DNA of 50,693 nt from Octopus bimaculoides (taxonomy: Eukaryota), in assembly GCF_001194135.2 (NCBI RefSeq), contig NC_068993.1, positions 37,740,915 to 37,791,607 on the forward strand. The letters run 5' to 3'. The translations under genes were made by a program, and so were the position numbers. The notes below the pieces were generated by a model, which ran no database searches, was not told the origin of the DNA, and was given only the letters and a program-made list of their open reading frames with translations. Shown one piece after another: positions 36,807-49,182 of this stretch. Within the stretch, counting starts at the first letter, position 1. Each line of letters begins with the position of its first letter.

Positions 36807-38379
36807 GAAACCCCAAATTTAGCTCTACAGTAATAAAAAAGGGGAGAGTGTTTGTTCACCCCCACAAAACTGCAGCTGTCAAAGTTAAAAAAAATATCGG
36901 TACCTCAAGAATGTCATTAGTTTTCTTGCATTACTAGTATTTATGATTGATTAGTAAGGTGTGGTTTGGTTTTTGGTGGTGGTGGGGGTGGGGACAGGAA
37001 AGTTATTTTCTGTTAGCAATTAATGTTGATCGATTTCTTTGCAAATATTGCAGAATGTCAAATCAGTAAATAAAAATGGTCTAATAATTACTGTTGAACC
37101 AATTAAGAATTTCAAAAATGAAATATATTTTAGTTTTTTTTTTTAATGGAAAGAAAGGGGGACTTTTCTTAAGAAACAAATAAACAAACACAGAAATAAA
37201 AGAAAGAAAGAATTCAGAAGCCCAAGCACCTTGATGGCTAATAACCTTCAGAGAACAATGAACAAATGGGAACTAATAGCATGAAGTAGAAGCAATAATG
37301 CATTGCCAATAGCCACAGAACAGGTACCAGGTATAATGTTTAAGACTAAAATCCTAGCTGTGTTTGCATAAGATTTCTTTTGAGGTATAGAAATTCATTT
37401 TCTTGGTTGTACTGTTTACAAGACATCACTAAAGTGGAATTGCGAAAGTTCCATTCCATAAATGGCTAATGAGCCACTGATGGCACTTGATATCTCCAAA
37501 TCTTTCTTTCTCTCTCAAGATACCCGAACGTTTGTACTGTCAGTTAGACAAAATTTGAAACATCTACACAATGACGTTTATAGAATTAACCATTATTTTT
37601 TTTATTCTATAAGAAAAATTTAGAGAAAAAAACTTTTTAAAGATTTATTTTAGAAAAAAAAAAACTAAGTTGGAAAACAAAAAGAAACTACACAACTTCA
37701 GCTACTGGTCGAAGAGTTAGCTTGTTCCAAGACAGTATCCTCTCAGACTTTCAGCTGTCTCTGTGTCTCTTTCTCTCTTAGTGGAGATGTCACAAGGAGG
37801 TGGGGTGGGGGAAGGGATAGGAGCAGCAGAAGGTCAATTGTTTATAATATGTGGGATCCATCTTAATCTGGTCACAACCAATTTTTTTCAATTGAACACA
37901 AATAAGAGAGATTAAATCTTGCATTGTGCCAGTCCATAATTGGTTTGGTCATGTTATGTCTTTTAGTTTGTATAGAGGGCAGGGAGAACCAATAACAAGT
38001 TTCCAGTCGTGAAATGAAAGTTAGCAAAATAAATAGTAAATATTATATATTCATGAGGATGATGATGATGATGATGATGATGATCGTGATGTTAATAATA
38101 TCAATCATTTGAGAAAATTATTTGAATAAAATAAAGATTGATTTTTTTGATTTTCATAGTGCTTATAGAGAGAAACAAAGAAAAAAAAATTCTGATGTAT
38201 TTGTAATAAACTTATAGGGGACAGCAGGCAAGTTTGGAAGATTTAACGTTCATGTCATTCACAAGTTAAAAAAATGATTCCAAGAGGAAACAAGGAAAGA
38301 TTTTGCAAATTTAATTCAACTGAATCTGCAAAAAATTTGTAGTAGTAGTAGTAGTAATAATAATAATAATAATCCTTTT

Positions 38380-38555
38380 TACTATGGGCACAAGGCCTGA
38401 AATTGCGAGGAAAGGGACTAGCTGATTACACTGACCCTAAAAGGATGAAAAGTAAAGTTGACCTCAGTGGAATTTGAACTCAGAACATAGCTTTGGGTGA
38501 AATACCACTAAGCATTTCACCCAGTGTGCTAATGATTCTGCCAGCTCGCCGCCTT

Positions 38556-38556
<1 letters not shown>
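38380..38556 (-). mobile_element. family C SINE (second copy at ~39540-39740) downstream of the SoxD stop
   Basis: Family core and head ctgccagctcgccgcc; flanked by (AAT)n. Confidence 0.8.
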
Positions 38557-38592
<36 letters not shown>

Positions 38593-39381
38593 TAACTATA
38601 ATAAACTTTTTATGCCAATTAGAAACTGGTTTCATTACTTGACCTCTTTTACTGGAAACTAATGACATTTGTGGGAGGGAATAATATTGCAGGTAGGGAG
38701 AAAGTCAAGAGAAGTAAGTCAAGAGGGTCTTGTTCAATACTTCATACCTTTATTACATGTTATGTATGTATGAGAACATTATTGTTTTGTTTGTTTGTTT
38801 TCGACACCCTTGATTTTACCTAAGACCACTGAAATTTCATCCAGGGAAATAAAGATAAAAAAGGGTCTCAAAGAGTTTGCTCTTTACTGATATAGCCGCT
38901 GGCAAATACTACTAACACATAAGCTCATAACATTTTACCGGGAGGAATATAATCAATTATACTACACTAACAGCTTGATTGGTACTATTTTATATTGGCT
39001 CTGGAAAGAATGAAAGGCAAAAGAAAAGTCCAGCAGCGTTAGAACACAGAGAAAACTAAATACAGCAAGGCATTTGTTTTACAAATTGCTCTACCAATTC
39101 TGCCAATCACTGCCCTATATGTTGCCAATTCATACCTTCTGTGCTTATAAATGAAACGCAAGTGGCTGAAGGTTCCACAGTAGAATGTTTGAATATAACA
39201 CAAACATTTAAAGCTGGATCAAACACTACTCCATGTCCAGTGCATCATACAGCAACTATCATTATCAACGTTTTAATGTCCACTTTTCCATGCTTGCCTG
39301 GGTCAGAGAGAATTCACTTAGGCAGATTTTCTACAGCTGGACACTTTCCTGTTGCCAACACTCACCTATTTCCAAGCAAGG

Positions 39382-39412
<31 letters not shown>

Positions 39413-40053
39413 TCACTCAGTGGATATTTCCTGTTACTGACCTGCTCCTATTTCCTCAAGTAAAATATTTTCATATGGAAACTTAACATTGCAGTTGTCC
39501 AAACAGTATTTAATACTCATGCCACACTATGCTTTCACATTTTGGCACAGGACCAGCGATTTCTTGGGGAGGATGGGTTAATTGATACCATCAATCTCAG
39601 TACTTGATTAGTATTTTTATCAACCCTGAAAGGATGAGTGGACAAAGTTGACCTTGGCAGGATTTGAACTCAAAGTGTAAAGAGCCAAAACAAATACAGC
39701 AAAACATTTCTCCCAATGTTCTAATGTTTCTGCTAAGGCTCCCTAGTTCCCATCCACCATTTTCACTCCCAAAGCTTTGGTTAGCCAAAGGCTATAGCAA
39801 AAGACTTATTTTTGTCCAGAATGCTGTGCAGTAGAATGGAACAGCAAAACACGTGACTATTAAACTTCTTATAGTTAGTTATCACAAAACACACACAATA
39901 TTGCAGATGAAAAAAACAAAAACCATCTCAATCTGACTAGCACTCATGGATGAAGTTTTCTGTCTTGTTCTGTCTGTTGACTAATTTATGTGGTTTTTCT
40001 GTAATAAGAGCTGAAATGCAATGTTGAAGGAACTCTGGGATAGCATTAAAGAG

Positions 40054-40087
<34 letters not shown>

Positions 40088-40270
40088 AAGGGGAAAAAGA
40101 AAAAAAAAACTCCCCCCTGAGTACAGTTCAAGGTGTCTGCCCACAGAAAGAACCATATTCCTGGAAAGTAGTTAGTATTGCAGAATTTTGGTGAGATGAG
40201 TTTCCTTGCGTTGGAACTAATCTACCTAAAAATATTACAAGAAACCAATTGAATGAATGAATGAATAATT

Positions 40271-40311
<41 letters not shown>

Positions 40312-40545
40312 GGTGAATGAAATAAACTGAGTGTGTGAGGAATTCAAATAAGTATTGCTGAATGTTTTCAAATAATTAAAACAAAGAAACCAAAATCTTA
40401 TTATTCTAATATTTTTTATTATTATTATTATTATTATCATTTATTATTATTTAGTTGCAGTAGTATGTTTATGATGCACTGACAAACATAAAAGCCAGCT
40501 TTGTCATTGCTAATCATTTTGCATTTACTGTGTCTATGTGTGTTC

Positions 40546-40585
<40 letters not shown>

Positions 40586-41876
40586 NNNNNNNNNNNNNNN
40601 NNNNNNNNNNNNNNNNNNNNNNNNNNNNNNNNNNNNNNNNNNNNNNNNNNNNNNNNNNNNNNNNNNNNNNNNNNNNNNNNNNNNNNNNNNNNNNNNNNNN
40701 NNNNNNNNNNNNNNNNNNNNNNNNNNNNNNNNNNNNNNNNNNNNNNNNNNNNNNNNNNNNNNNNNNNNNNNNNNNNNNNNNNNNNNNNNNNNNNNNNNNN
40801 NNNNNNNNNNNNNNATAGAGACAAGTAACGGAGTCATAGATGGCACTGGCATTAAAGTTAAACCAAGAACCAAATTGCATTCTTCAACTTCTGCCAAAAG
40901 AAATAAAAAAAACAAAACAAAACAAAACCAAATGATATGGGAGGTGGGGGGAGAATAAGAAAAATGTGTTTTTTTCTTGTTGAACAGTTTTGTTTTCACT
41001 GTCTCTCTGTTATTTTTTTAAACCATAATTCAATTTCATTGTTATTGTTTTGCTTTTTCTTAATATAATTTTTTTTCAATTGTCTTTTTCTTGTTTTAGT
41101 TTTTTAATAACTTTTAATTTGCATTTGTCACTGATTTTATTTTTTTATTCTTTGTCTTTCTGGAAAAAAATTATTCCTATTTCTTCTTTTTTGTTTTTTG
41201 AATAATAATAAAATAATAATAATTATTATTATTATCATTAATTTTATTATTTTTATTATAATTTATTGATATTATTTATTTAGATTTCTTTTTAAAGTTT
41301 AACATTCTTTTCCATTTCCAATCATCTCTTTGTCCACTTATAAATCTTTTTTGTTTATAATTGCAATTGTTTTAATAATAATAATAATAATAATACCAAT
41401 AATAATTATTATTATTATCATCATTACTTAATTTCTTAAATTTCTTTCATTTATTTGTTTGTTTGTTTAATAGAAGAAACCAGTTCCAATAGTCTGGAAG
41501 AATATATATATATATATATGGATGATCTGTCAATATATATGTAAATATATATATAGGCATTTCTGCTTGCACATACATGTGAATGTACAAATCTGTTAAT
41601 GTGTGTGTATATATGCATACATATATATAGATGTATGTATATTTATATATATACTTACATACACACACACATATACAATATTTTATCTTTTTTTTTCTTT
41701 CCAAATGTCATGTTTTTCCCTACTTTTTTGTCATGGCCTGCTCAGAGTTTCAGTCACCTTGGGCCATATTGTCAAATCAGAGAGCACAGACGGACAGACA
41801 CACACACACACACTGACAGACAGACAGACAGTCAGTCCTATTAAATTCAGGTTCTGTTGTGTATTGATGTTGTTGG

Positions 41877-42118
41877 CTATGATACAGATGCTGCAACTTC
41901 GCCGAGCTGCATGTGTGAACTATTGCTGCCAGCCGTGCTGTATGAAGCGTCCAGACTCACATCGGACATAATATCGTTAATGTCGCTGCCATCTCCATCT
42001 TCACTGTTTGTTTCATCAGATTTGAGTTTACCCTGGAATTCTGAATCTTTGCCATCTTTACCAGACATATTGGACCCTAGTAATTGGTTGGTGTCATAGG
42101 GTGAGCTATTTTCACTTC
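41877..42118 (-). CDS. SoxD: SoxD probable terminal coding exon (SENSSPYDTNQLLGSNMSGKDG...GEVAASVS*), Ser/Asp-rich tail
   Basis: Acceptor TATTTATTTCTGCAG|GA matches the phase-1 donor of the previous exon; 242 nt open to TAG at 41877-41879; non-repetitive coding-like composition. Poorly conserved region, so linkage rests on phase and position. Confidence 0.8.
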
Positions 42119-42225
42119 CTGCAGAAATAAATAAATAGATAAATAAATATTGATGAGGTATTCTCGGTTATAAAATGAAGAAAAGACTAATTTACAAAAT
42201 AATGCATATATATAAGATATATAGC

Positions 42226-42622
42226 TTAATCCTTTAGAATATAAGCCAATCATATCCAGCCAAAATATCCTATTTGTTTTATGTTCAAACTGACCAAATC
42301 CAGTCTTTAACACCTACCCTACATTGTCATGTTAAAAGTAAACAATTCAATAATCGAACTGGTGGCACGTAAAAGCACCCACTACACTCTCAGAGTGGTT
42401 GGCGTTAGGAAGGGCATCCAGCTATAGAAACTCTGCCAAATCAGATTGGAGCCTGGTGTAGCCATCTGGCTTGCCAGTCGTCAGTCAAATCGTCCAACCC
42501 ATGCTAGCATGGAAAGCGGACGTTAAATGATGATGATGATGAAATCGCAAAGCTACAAGATAATACATGATGAATACATAAGCATTACATTTGACAAACT
42601 AATCTGAATGCTAAAGGGTTAT
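42226..42622 (+). mobile_element. piggyBac-type MITE copy 1 (with RTE-tail SINE inserted)
   Basis: Ends TTAA-TCCTTTAG ... GCTAAAGGG-TTAT; TTAA flanks with CCC/GGG termini are piggyBac-like; interior matches 42646-42860. Confidence 0.65.
42358..42541 (+). mobile_element. SINE/LINE 3' fragment with RTE-like tail ending (TGA)n
   Basis: ggttggcgttaggaagggcatccagc...catgctagcatggaaagcggacgttaaatgatgatgatg; a related decayed inverted copy lies at ~39255-39385. Confidence 0.7.
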
Positions 42623-42645
42623 ATAAGTTATGCAAAATATATAAT

Positions 42646-42860
42646 TTAATCCATTAGCATCGAAACTGGCCATATCTGGCCAAAATGTTCTATTTGTTTT
42701 ATGTTCACACTGGCTAAATCCAGTCTGTCACACCTACCCTAAAAGGAAACAATCCAGTTATCAAAATCTCAAAACTACAAGATAATGCATGATTAATTCA
42801 AAACAAGGTGAATACATAAGCATTACATTGGACAGAGTAATCTGAATGCTAACGGGTTAA
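42646..42860 (+). mobile_element. piggyBac-type MITE copy 2
   Basis: TTAA-TCCATTAGCAT ... TCTGAATGCTAACGGG-TTAA. Confidence 0.7.
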
Positions 42861-43100
42861 ATATATTGACTCTATAGTTAGAAGCATCTGTTTCATTTCT
42901 CACTCAGAATCTACATCAGGAGATATTTGTCTCCTGATGAAGGTGTTTGTAGGACCAAAACAGGTAAGTCTACAAAGAATTAAATATATTGACTCTATAG
43001 TTAGAAGTATCTGTTTCATATCCTACTCAGAATCTTCATCAGGAGATATTTGTCTCCTGACGAAGGTGTTAGTAGGATCCAAAACAGATAAGTCTACCTG
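42857..43100. repeat. two tandem ~123 nt units, each an imperfect palindrome with hammerhead-core-like motifs on both strands
   Basis: Units start ttaaatatattgactctatagttagaag at 42857 and 42980; central hairpins CATCAGGAGA/TCTCCTGATG (42914-42939) and CTTCATCAGGAGA/TCTCCTGACGAAG (43034-43065). Confidence 0.85.
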
Positions 43101-43169
43101 AAAGAGCACTGTGCAAATAAGAAAATAAGTAACTGAATAACTAAACAGACATCAATTCCAGTTATTCAT

Positions 43170-43533
43170 TTAACTCTTTAGCATCCAGAATACTCTGTCA
43201 AAACTAATGCTTGTTTATTCACATTGTTTTGCATTAACCATACAATATATCATAACTCCAAAATTTCAATGACGTGATTGTTTAGTTTTAGAATGACAGT
43301 AAGGTATGAGAGTCCAAATTTGGCCAGTTCGAACAAAACAGGTAGAAAGAGTTAGCATTCAGATTATTCTGTCAAATGTCATGCTTATTTAGTCACATTG
43401 TTTCCAATTAATGATGCATTATGTTATAGCTTTTGAGATTTCAATGATGAAATCATTTATTTTTATAATAACATTATAGGTTATGTATGAGAGGCCAGAT
43501 CTGGCCAGTTTGAACATAATCCTAAAGGTTTAA
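43170..43533 (-). mobile_element. piggyBac-type MITE copies 3 and 4 (inverted relative to copies 1 and 2)
   Basis: 43170 TTAACTCTTTAGCATCCAGA and 43353 TAGCATTCAGATTATTCTGTC are reverse complements of the right ends of copies 1 and 2. Confidence 0.7.
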
Positions 43534-43544
43534 TGCTCCTAAAA

Positions 43545-43775
43545 GCAGCCAATCTGAGAACACTTCTATGAATATATTCATATTTAATTTAAAGTCTCGA
43601 TCAAATTTTATTACAACATAAAACGATAATGTGAAAATTCAGAGCTAAAACATCAGACATGATATATGATATTTTTACTAAAGACTTCCAAAATCTTAAT
43701 TATATAAACAATTAATTGAAACATTTGGATGGTTTGCTCATTAGAAATACAGTTACAAAAGGGTTGGGCACATCT
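43545..43775. mobile_element. second TTAA/CCCTTT-ended MITE family fragment (related fragment at ~45975-46148)
   Basis: Both fragments end GTTACAAAAGGGTT / GGTATCAAAAGGGGTT. Confidence 0.4.
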
Positions 43776-44054
43776 TAAGCCATATCTATTTCTTAAATGG
43801 AAGTCACATGCAACAAATACACTCACAAACATGAATCATAGTAAAGTATTTATTATACATTCACATATACACAATACAAAAATTACAAACAAAACATAAA
43901 AAGCTGGGACAATTTTTCATAAACCAGAGTGAAAACTGAATCCACAAATTATTCTCATCTTTCTAATACTATTCCATATTCCACAAAGAGATCAAATAGT
44001 TTTAAAAGAATCAAGGATAGTGTCTAGATAACTAGTTCTCAAATAGAGTCTGTT

Positions 44055-44277
44055 TGGACCCCACCCCCCTTGCAGGTCCATATGAAATTTTATTGTTAAA
44101 ACGTATGAGCAATAAATTGTTTATACTTCTACAATATACAAAGAATTTTAACAATATTTTTTATTTAATTCCTAATACTTAATTATAAAAATAGGATGTT
44201 TTTAACATAGGGGTCCAGCAGAGTAAAATTGGAACCAAAGGGGCCCATAGGTAACAAAATAGTTGAGGATCACTGGT
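44055..44277. mobile_element. possible hAT-type MITE remnant
   Basis: Right end GTTGAGGATCACTG resembles the GGTTGAGAACCACTG terminus of Charlie-like hAT MITEs; left end not resolved. Confidence 0.35.
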
Positions 44278-44509
44278 TAGTTGTACAAACTGATTTTGGG
44301 GACGATCTGAACTATGCCAACTGTTTACTTACATTCCATTTGAGATCAGTGTATTTATTGGGTGTCTAATCAGCTGTTCTTCGTCCAGCCCTTTTTTAAT
44401 GTGGAGTAGTTCTAAATTTATTCTGTAGCAAATGAGCCCTCATACACCATTGAAATAGATACAATGGATGCTCGGCTTGAATTGCTTTATATTAACGTTT
44501 GTGGGACAA

Positions 44510-44830
44510 GAATATGGTAGACAGGGAGTAAATTCCAGAGGATTCACATACTGGAGAGACAGGATTGAGTGCAGGGGTTAACACGAGGCCTGAGACAAGA
44601 GACACTGAATGTGTGACTAGAGGAAAAAATTGGTTCTTCTGAGGAGCTTGGGTTGTGATGGTATTGAGATGGAAAATCATAGGTAGGGATGAGATACTGG
44701 GGGAGAAAGGGAAAGAGTTAGTGCAGGGCCTGAGACAGGAGATGAATGTATGATAAGAAAGAAAAAAGTGTACATCCAATGAGCCTGGATAGATATGATT
44801 GTCAGACAGGAATCTCAATTAAGAACTAAG
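44510..44830 (-). mobile_element. CR1/L2-group LINE 3' remnant in SoxD intron
   Basis: SHTFSVSCLRPRVNPCTQSCLSSM*ILWNLLP; degenerate. Confidence 0.5.
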
Positions 44831-46765
44831 TTCCAGAGGTTTGACAACCAGGAGGAGAAAGAACTAGGTAGAGGGGTTAGTATGTGGTCTGGGATGGATG
44901 GCACAACAGAATATATGATAAGAGAAGGAAATAAATACATCAAGTACGCTTGATTTTGAAATGGTATATAACCAGTTAGCTCCAGCTAAACCAATGAATG
45001 GTTCAATAATATTTACAAATATCAAAGACATTTCAGGAAAGGAAAAAAAAAGGGGGAGGGTGTAACAGGACAAGAAATTCAAACAATGCCAACTACACAA
45101 GCAAGAAAATAAAATCTTACCTGGCCAAAGAGTGCCATATTTACTATTTTCTAACGAAATTTCATTTCCTAGAGATTTGTTCAGCATTGCCACATCTGTT
45201 AAGTAAAAGCAATGTGGATAATATATATATATATATTGCTCTTATATGTTATGAAGCATAGGGTGTGTATTACATGCACACTTAGATATATATATATATA
45301 TATATTTACATGGGTCTGTATACGTGTAGTCTATACATACATATAATAATACAATTACATATATGCACACATACACAAATACACACATGTATAAGCCGAA
45401 AGACCAGTTCTTTACTACAGCACTACAGTATAAAATGAGCAAGGCATAGGACTCTAGCAGAAGGGATGGGGCTTCACTAACAGACACAAAAGAAGTGAGG
45501 TTTTGTGGCAATGCTTATAGGAGGACTCTTAGAAAAATCTACTTTATAAAAGACAACAAAGCAATTTTCTCTAACAGGAGAATTAAGCATGGAGACTTTT
45601 ATGAAATGATGCATCTCCTAATGTTAAATTTAGGGGCCTTTTCTCTAACCCTCTTCCTTTCCCTAATATAGCAACCATCATCCTGACATGGTCTTCACTT
45701 TATTGTATACACACATATATATGTATATATGTTTGTATATATGAGGATGTTAATATGATGTGATAAAGGATCTGTTTGCGAATATTGAACTTAAGGAAGT
45801 CTAAAGGATGGATTTGTTCCTCCTACGTTATGTATGGTCAGAGTTAGTAGGAAAAGAGGGTGAGGGAAAAACAAACACAACTAAAACAGAAAATAAAACA
45901 AGAAGACATGCAAAAAGAAAAACTAAAAATACAGAGTCAAACACACACATATAAAAAATAAACTCATCAAATACACTATTTGTTTCAATTAATTCTTAAT
46001 ATAATGAAGAATTTAATAAAGTAACCGTCGTAATTAACCTGGTGTTTGGAATGTAAATTAACATAAATTTTGATGTAGGATTCTAGTTTAAATTACTTTA
46101 AAACAGGGAATTTGTATGATTGAACTGTGGAGGGGTCTCAGATGAGATGGTATCAAAAGGGGTTCATAGGATTCCACAGCTTTTACCATTGTTGGCCAGA
46201 TTTCTTTATAAAAGACATTACCTATATTTTTGAATTAATTTTGAAAATAATCGACAATCTGGAAGATTGTACTAAAATATGTAATTATTTTCCTTTATTA
46301 TGGTTGAGATTCGGAACATGAATTCATTAAAGAGTTTTTATAACGACAAAAATTAAAATCATAAAGGGGTAGTGGCAGTTAATTTCAAAATAAACTCTTT
46401 AAAATAGATTTTGTATCATAGAACTACAACAGATTTAGTACAGAAGAAGTTTTAAAGATATTGCAAGGATCAAATAAAGAGGCTTATATACATCATCTAT
46501 CTATTATTCTATTTAACTTTTAGATGTGCATAATCACTACTAGTTACTGTATGAGAACATCCATATCTGCTCCTGCCCCTCTGTATGTATATATATATAT
46601 ATATTTCAAATTTTTTATATATATATACGTAATTCTGCAATTGAGGAAAAAGGAGCCGTGATGTAAGGTGTTGTGTCCAGTTGTTTTACTTGTATATTGT
46701 ATTATATCACTCTAAACTTTTTATGTTCTCTATATTTTTTTCCTTCCTCTCTATATGTAAAACAA

Positions 46766-46850
46766 ACATCCTGATGAAGGGAGTGTCTAATCTCTAATAC
46801 GAGTACAACACCATATTAATAGACACATCTCAGAAACGGTCCGTAGATGT
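46766..46850 (+). ncRNA. type-I hammerhead ribozyme motif with long helix II, antisense to SoxD intron
   Basis: Helix I ACATC/GATGT; CTGATGA 46771-46777; helix II GGGA-GTGTCTA/TAGACAC-A-TCTC; GAAAC 46833-46837; helix III ACGG-T-CCGT; NUH = GUA. An unpaired A precedes GAAA. Confidence 0.6.
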
Positions 46851-47615
46851 ATACTTTTAACTTAACTTTTATATTATATGTTGTTTTTTTTAAAATCCTG
46901 TCCTAATGTACACGTTTTTAATATAATACATGTAAATTTATAACTTCATCATACCGTATATATTTACCCATTATATGTTATATCATAATGTACGTTTACA
47001 CATCGTAATGTTTTAACTTTAATTGTCATATTTTTATACAACTTAGAAATCATGCATATTTATAAATATTTTTTTAATAAATATTTTGAACATTCATGAT
47101 ATTTCTAAAGTTTTTATTGTTGTATTTGCTTGTCTTTTTACCGTACCTTTTAGACACTTTAGAGACTGAATACTATAAATTCATTTATTGATTCTTGAAG
47201 GAATTGAACACACATATTGTATCTTGCGTTGGACATATGGTATTATTCCTGTGATTTTCCACCCTTATGTATCCATTTTTACTATAAGATATATATATAT
47301 ATATATATATATATCCATGTCAGCATTTACATATAAGCATACTAAGACAGCTGTAGAGGGTAAGACACAAATTAGCCATTCAAAAACAACACACAAAGAC
47401 TGTTCACTTCATGTAAATATTTATTGTTTGTAATAAGGTGTCTAACATTTCGTCACTCAAAGCCGTGTCCCAATCACTGACAATAAGTGGGTTACATTTT
47501 TAGATGCAGCATGCATTTGTGAGTTTTATCTGACAAAAACTCTGACACCATATTACAAACAATAAATGTTTAAGCAAAGTTAATGGTTTAGTAATTTTAT
47601 TGTAGGAGTATTTAC

Positions 47616-47749
47616 CTTCCACATAAGTTGTTCCACTTTCATTGTACCAAACTCGTCGGATGTCTTGTCTTCGACTTTTCATCAAAGCTTTATATTCTGA
47701 TATCCGCAGTTTCTTCCCATCTACTATGCATGTTCTTTTTGGCCTTGGT
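47616..47749 (-). CDS. SoxD: SoxD exon, post-HMG conserved tail ([44 protein letters not shown])
   Basis: [16 protein letters not shown] is the SoxD-diagnostic extension after the HMG box. Acceptor TTTTTGCAG|A, donor GAAG|GTAAAT; 134 nt, phase 2 to 1. Confidence 0.96.
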
Positions 47750-48173
47750 CTGCAAAAATGTGAGTGGAATAAAATTTTAAATACATTGTCAGAGTGACCC
47801 GCTAATAATAACATCTTTGAATTATTTTCTATCACATATTTGATAAAGGAATACTTCACCAAAATATAAGAGAAGCATTAAATAACCTACGTATGGTATT
47901 ATAAGTATTGGCATCATCTTGTATATTTTGCCTATCATCTAACCAGCACTGCTTAAAGTTTTTTTTTTTTCAAACACACTTATGTCAAGAATTCATTACA
48001 AAAATGGTAAATAAAGTCTATGACACAATACTGAATTATTATCTCCATATAGGAATTGGTCTGAATATTATTAAAATGAATACATTAAAAATAGTGGAAG
48101 CCATACTTTATAACTGAGCCTTGTTTTTTGTTACAAATAACTGAATTATAGCCAAGATATGAATAATACTTAC

Positions 48174-48279
48174 CGATACCGGTAATCTGGATGTTTCTCC
48201 ATATGTAACTTGCTTAGACGAGATTGTTCTTCATAATACGGTTGTTTCTCAGCATTAGACATAGCTTTCCATTTGGCCC
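48174..48279 (-). CDS. SoxD: SoxD exon, C-terminal part of HMG box ([35 protein letters not shown])
   Basis: Acceptor TTTTTTGATAG|GG, donor TATCG|GTAAGT; 106 nt, phase 1 to 2; continues the HMG box in frame. Confidence 0.97.
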
Positions 48280-48913
48280 CTATCAAAAAAATAACATGTA
48301 AAAATAAATAGCTAAATAAATAAATAAAAAGGTTAAAAAGATCTCTGAAGTTATCAAACTGATCGAAAGTAAATTTCAAAGACACAACTAAGAACCTTCA
48401 ATAAAATTTTCTGATCATTTTATCAAAAATTTACTCCCCTAACCCAACTTTGAAGCACATGATTATTGTGTAAATACTGAATCTTTAAGAAAAGCCAAGG
48501 AGCCATTTTGAAATGTTTCATACACACAGTAATGGAAACAAACATGATATCTTTTATTTCTTTCTGTTTCAATAACTGTAAGCTTTGCACAGGTGTATGT
48601 ACAATGAATACATTGATTTACATACGACCTCAACCTCTTCTTGCTTGCTATAAATTGTTTACATATTTCAATCCATCATTAATCATCATCATTTGATGAT
48701 GATGATAATGATTAAAGATGTTATTTCCATTTCTGCATATCTTACTTATCTATCTCTACATTCATATTAAAAAAAAAAAAAAAAAAAAAAAAGAAAATCC
48801 CCAAAATAAAAATGTCTATTTAAAAATTTTAAAGGTTTATAAGCTCCCCAAGTAAATTTTCTATACATATATGAATAAATAACAGAATAATGACAGAGAA
48901 ATAAATGACTTAC

Positions 48914-49084
48914 CCAAAATCTTGCTAATGTTAGAATTATGCATGTCAGGACATGCTTTCAGAATTTTCCTTCTCTCTTCTCTTGCCCACACCATGAATG
49001 CATTCATTGGTCGTTTTACATGGGGCTTGCTTGGGTCAGGCTTCTCTTTATGAGCACGGATGATTTTGGCACCAAACATTTTGC
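48914..49084 (-). CDS. SoxD: SoxD exon with N-terminal part of HMG box ([57 protein letters not shown])
   Basis: Sox signature RPMNAFMVW; [19 protein letters not shown] is typical of SoxD (Drosophila Sox102F/vertebrate Sox5/6). Acceptor TTACAG|GC, donor TTGG|GTAAGT; 171 nt, phase 1 to 1. Confidence 0.97.
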
Positions 49085-49182
49085 CTGTAATTTATATATT
49101 TCATATTGTAAATGCAGTCAACTGAATTTCCTTGATGTCTGTGTTACAACAAAATGGCATTTTATAAATATCTATATACATA

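Noticed and set aside
47500-47615. Read-through of SoxD exon into intron giving an alternative 38 aa C-terminus
   Set aside because: Good GT donor and a phase-compatible downstream exon explain the data; open frame of this length is plausible by chance.
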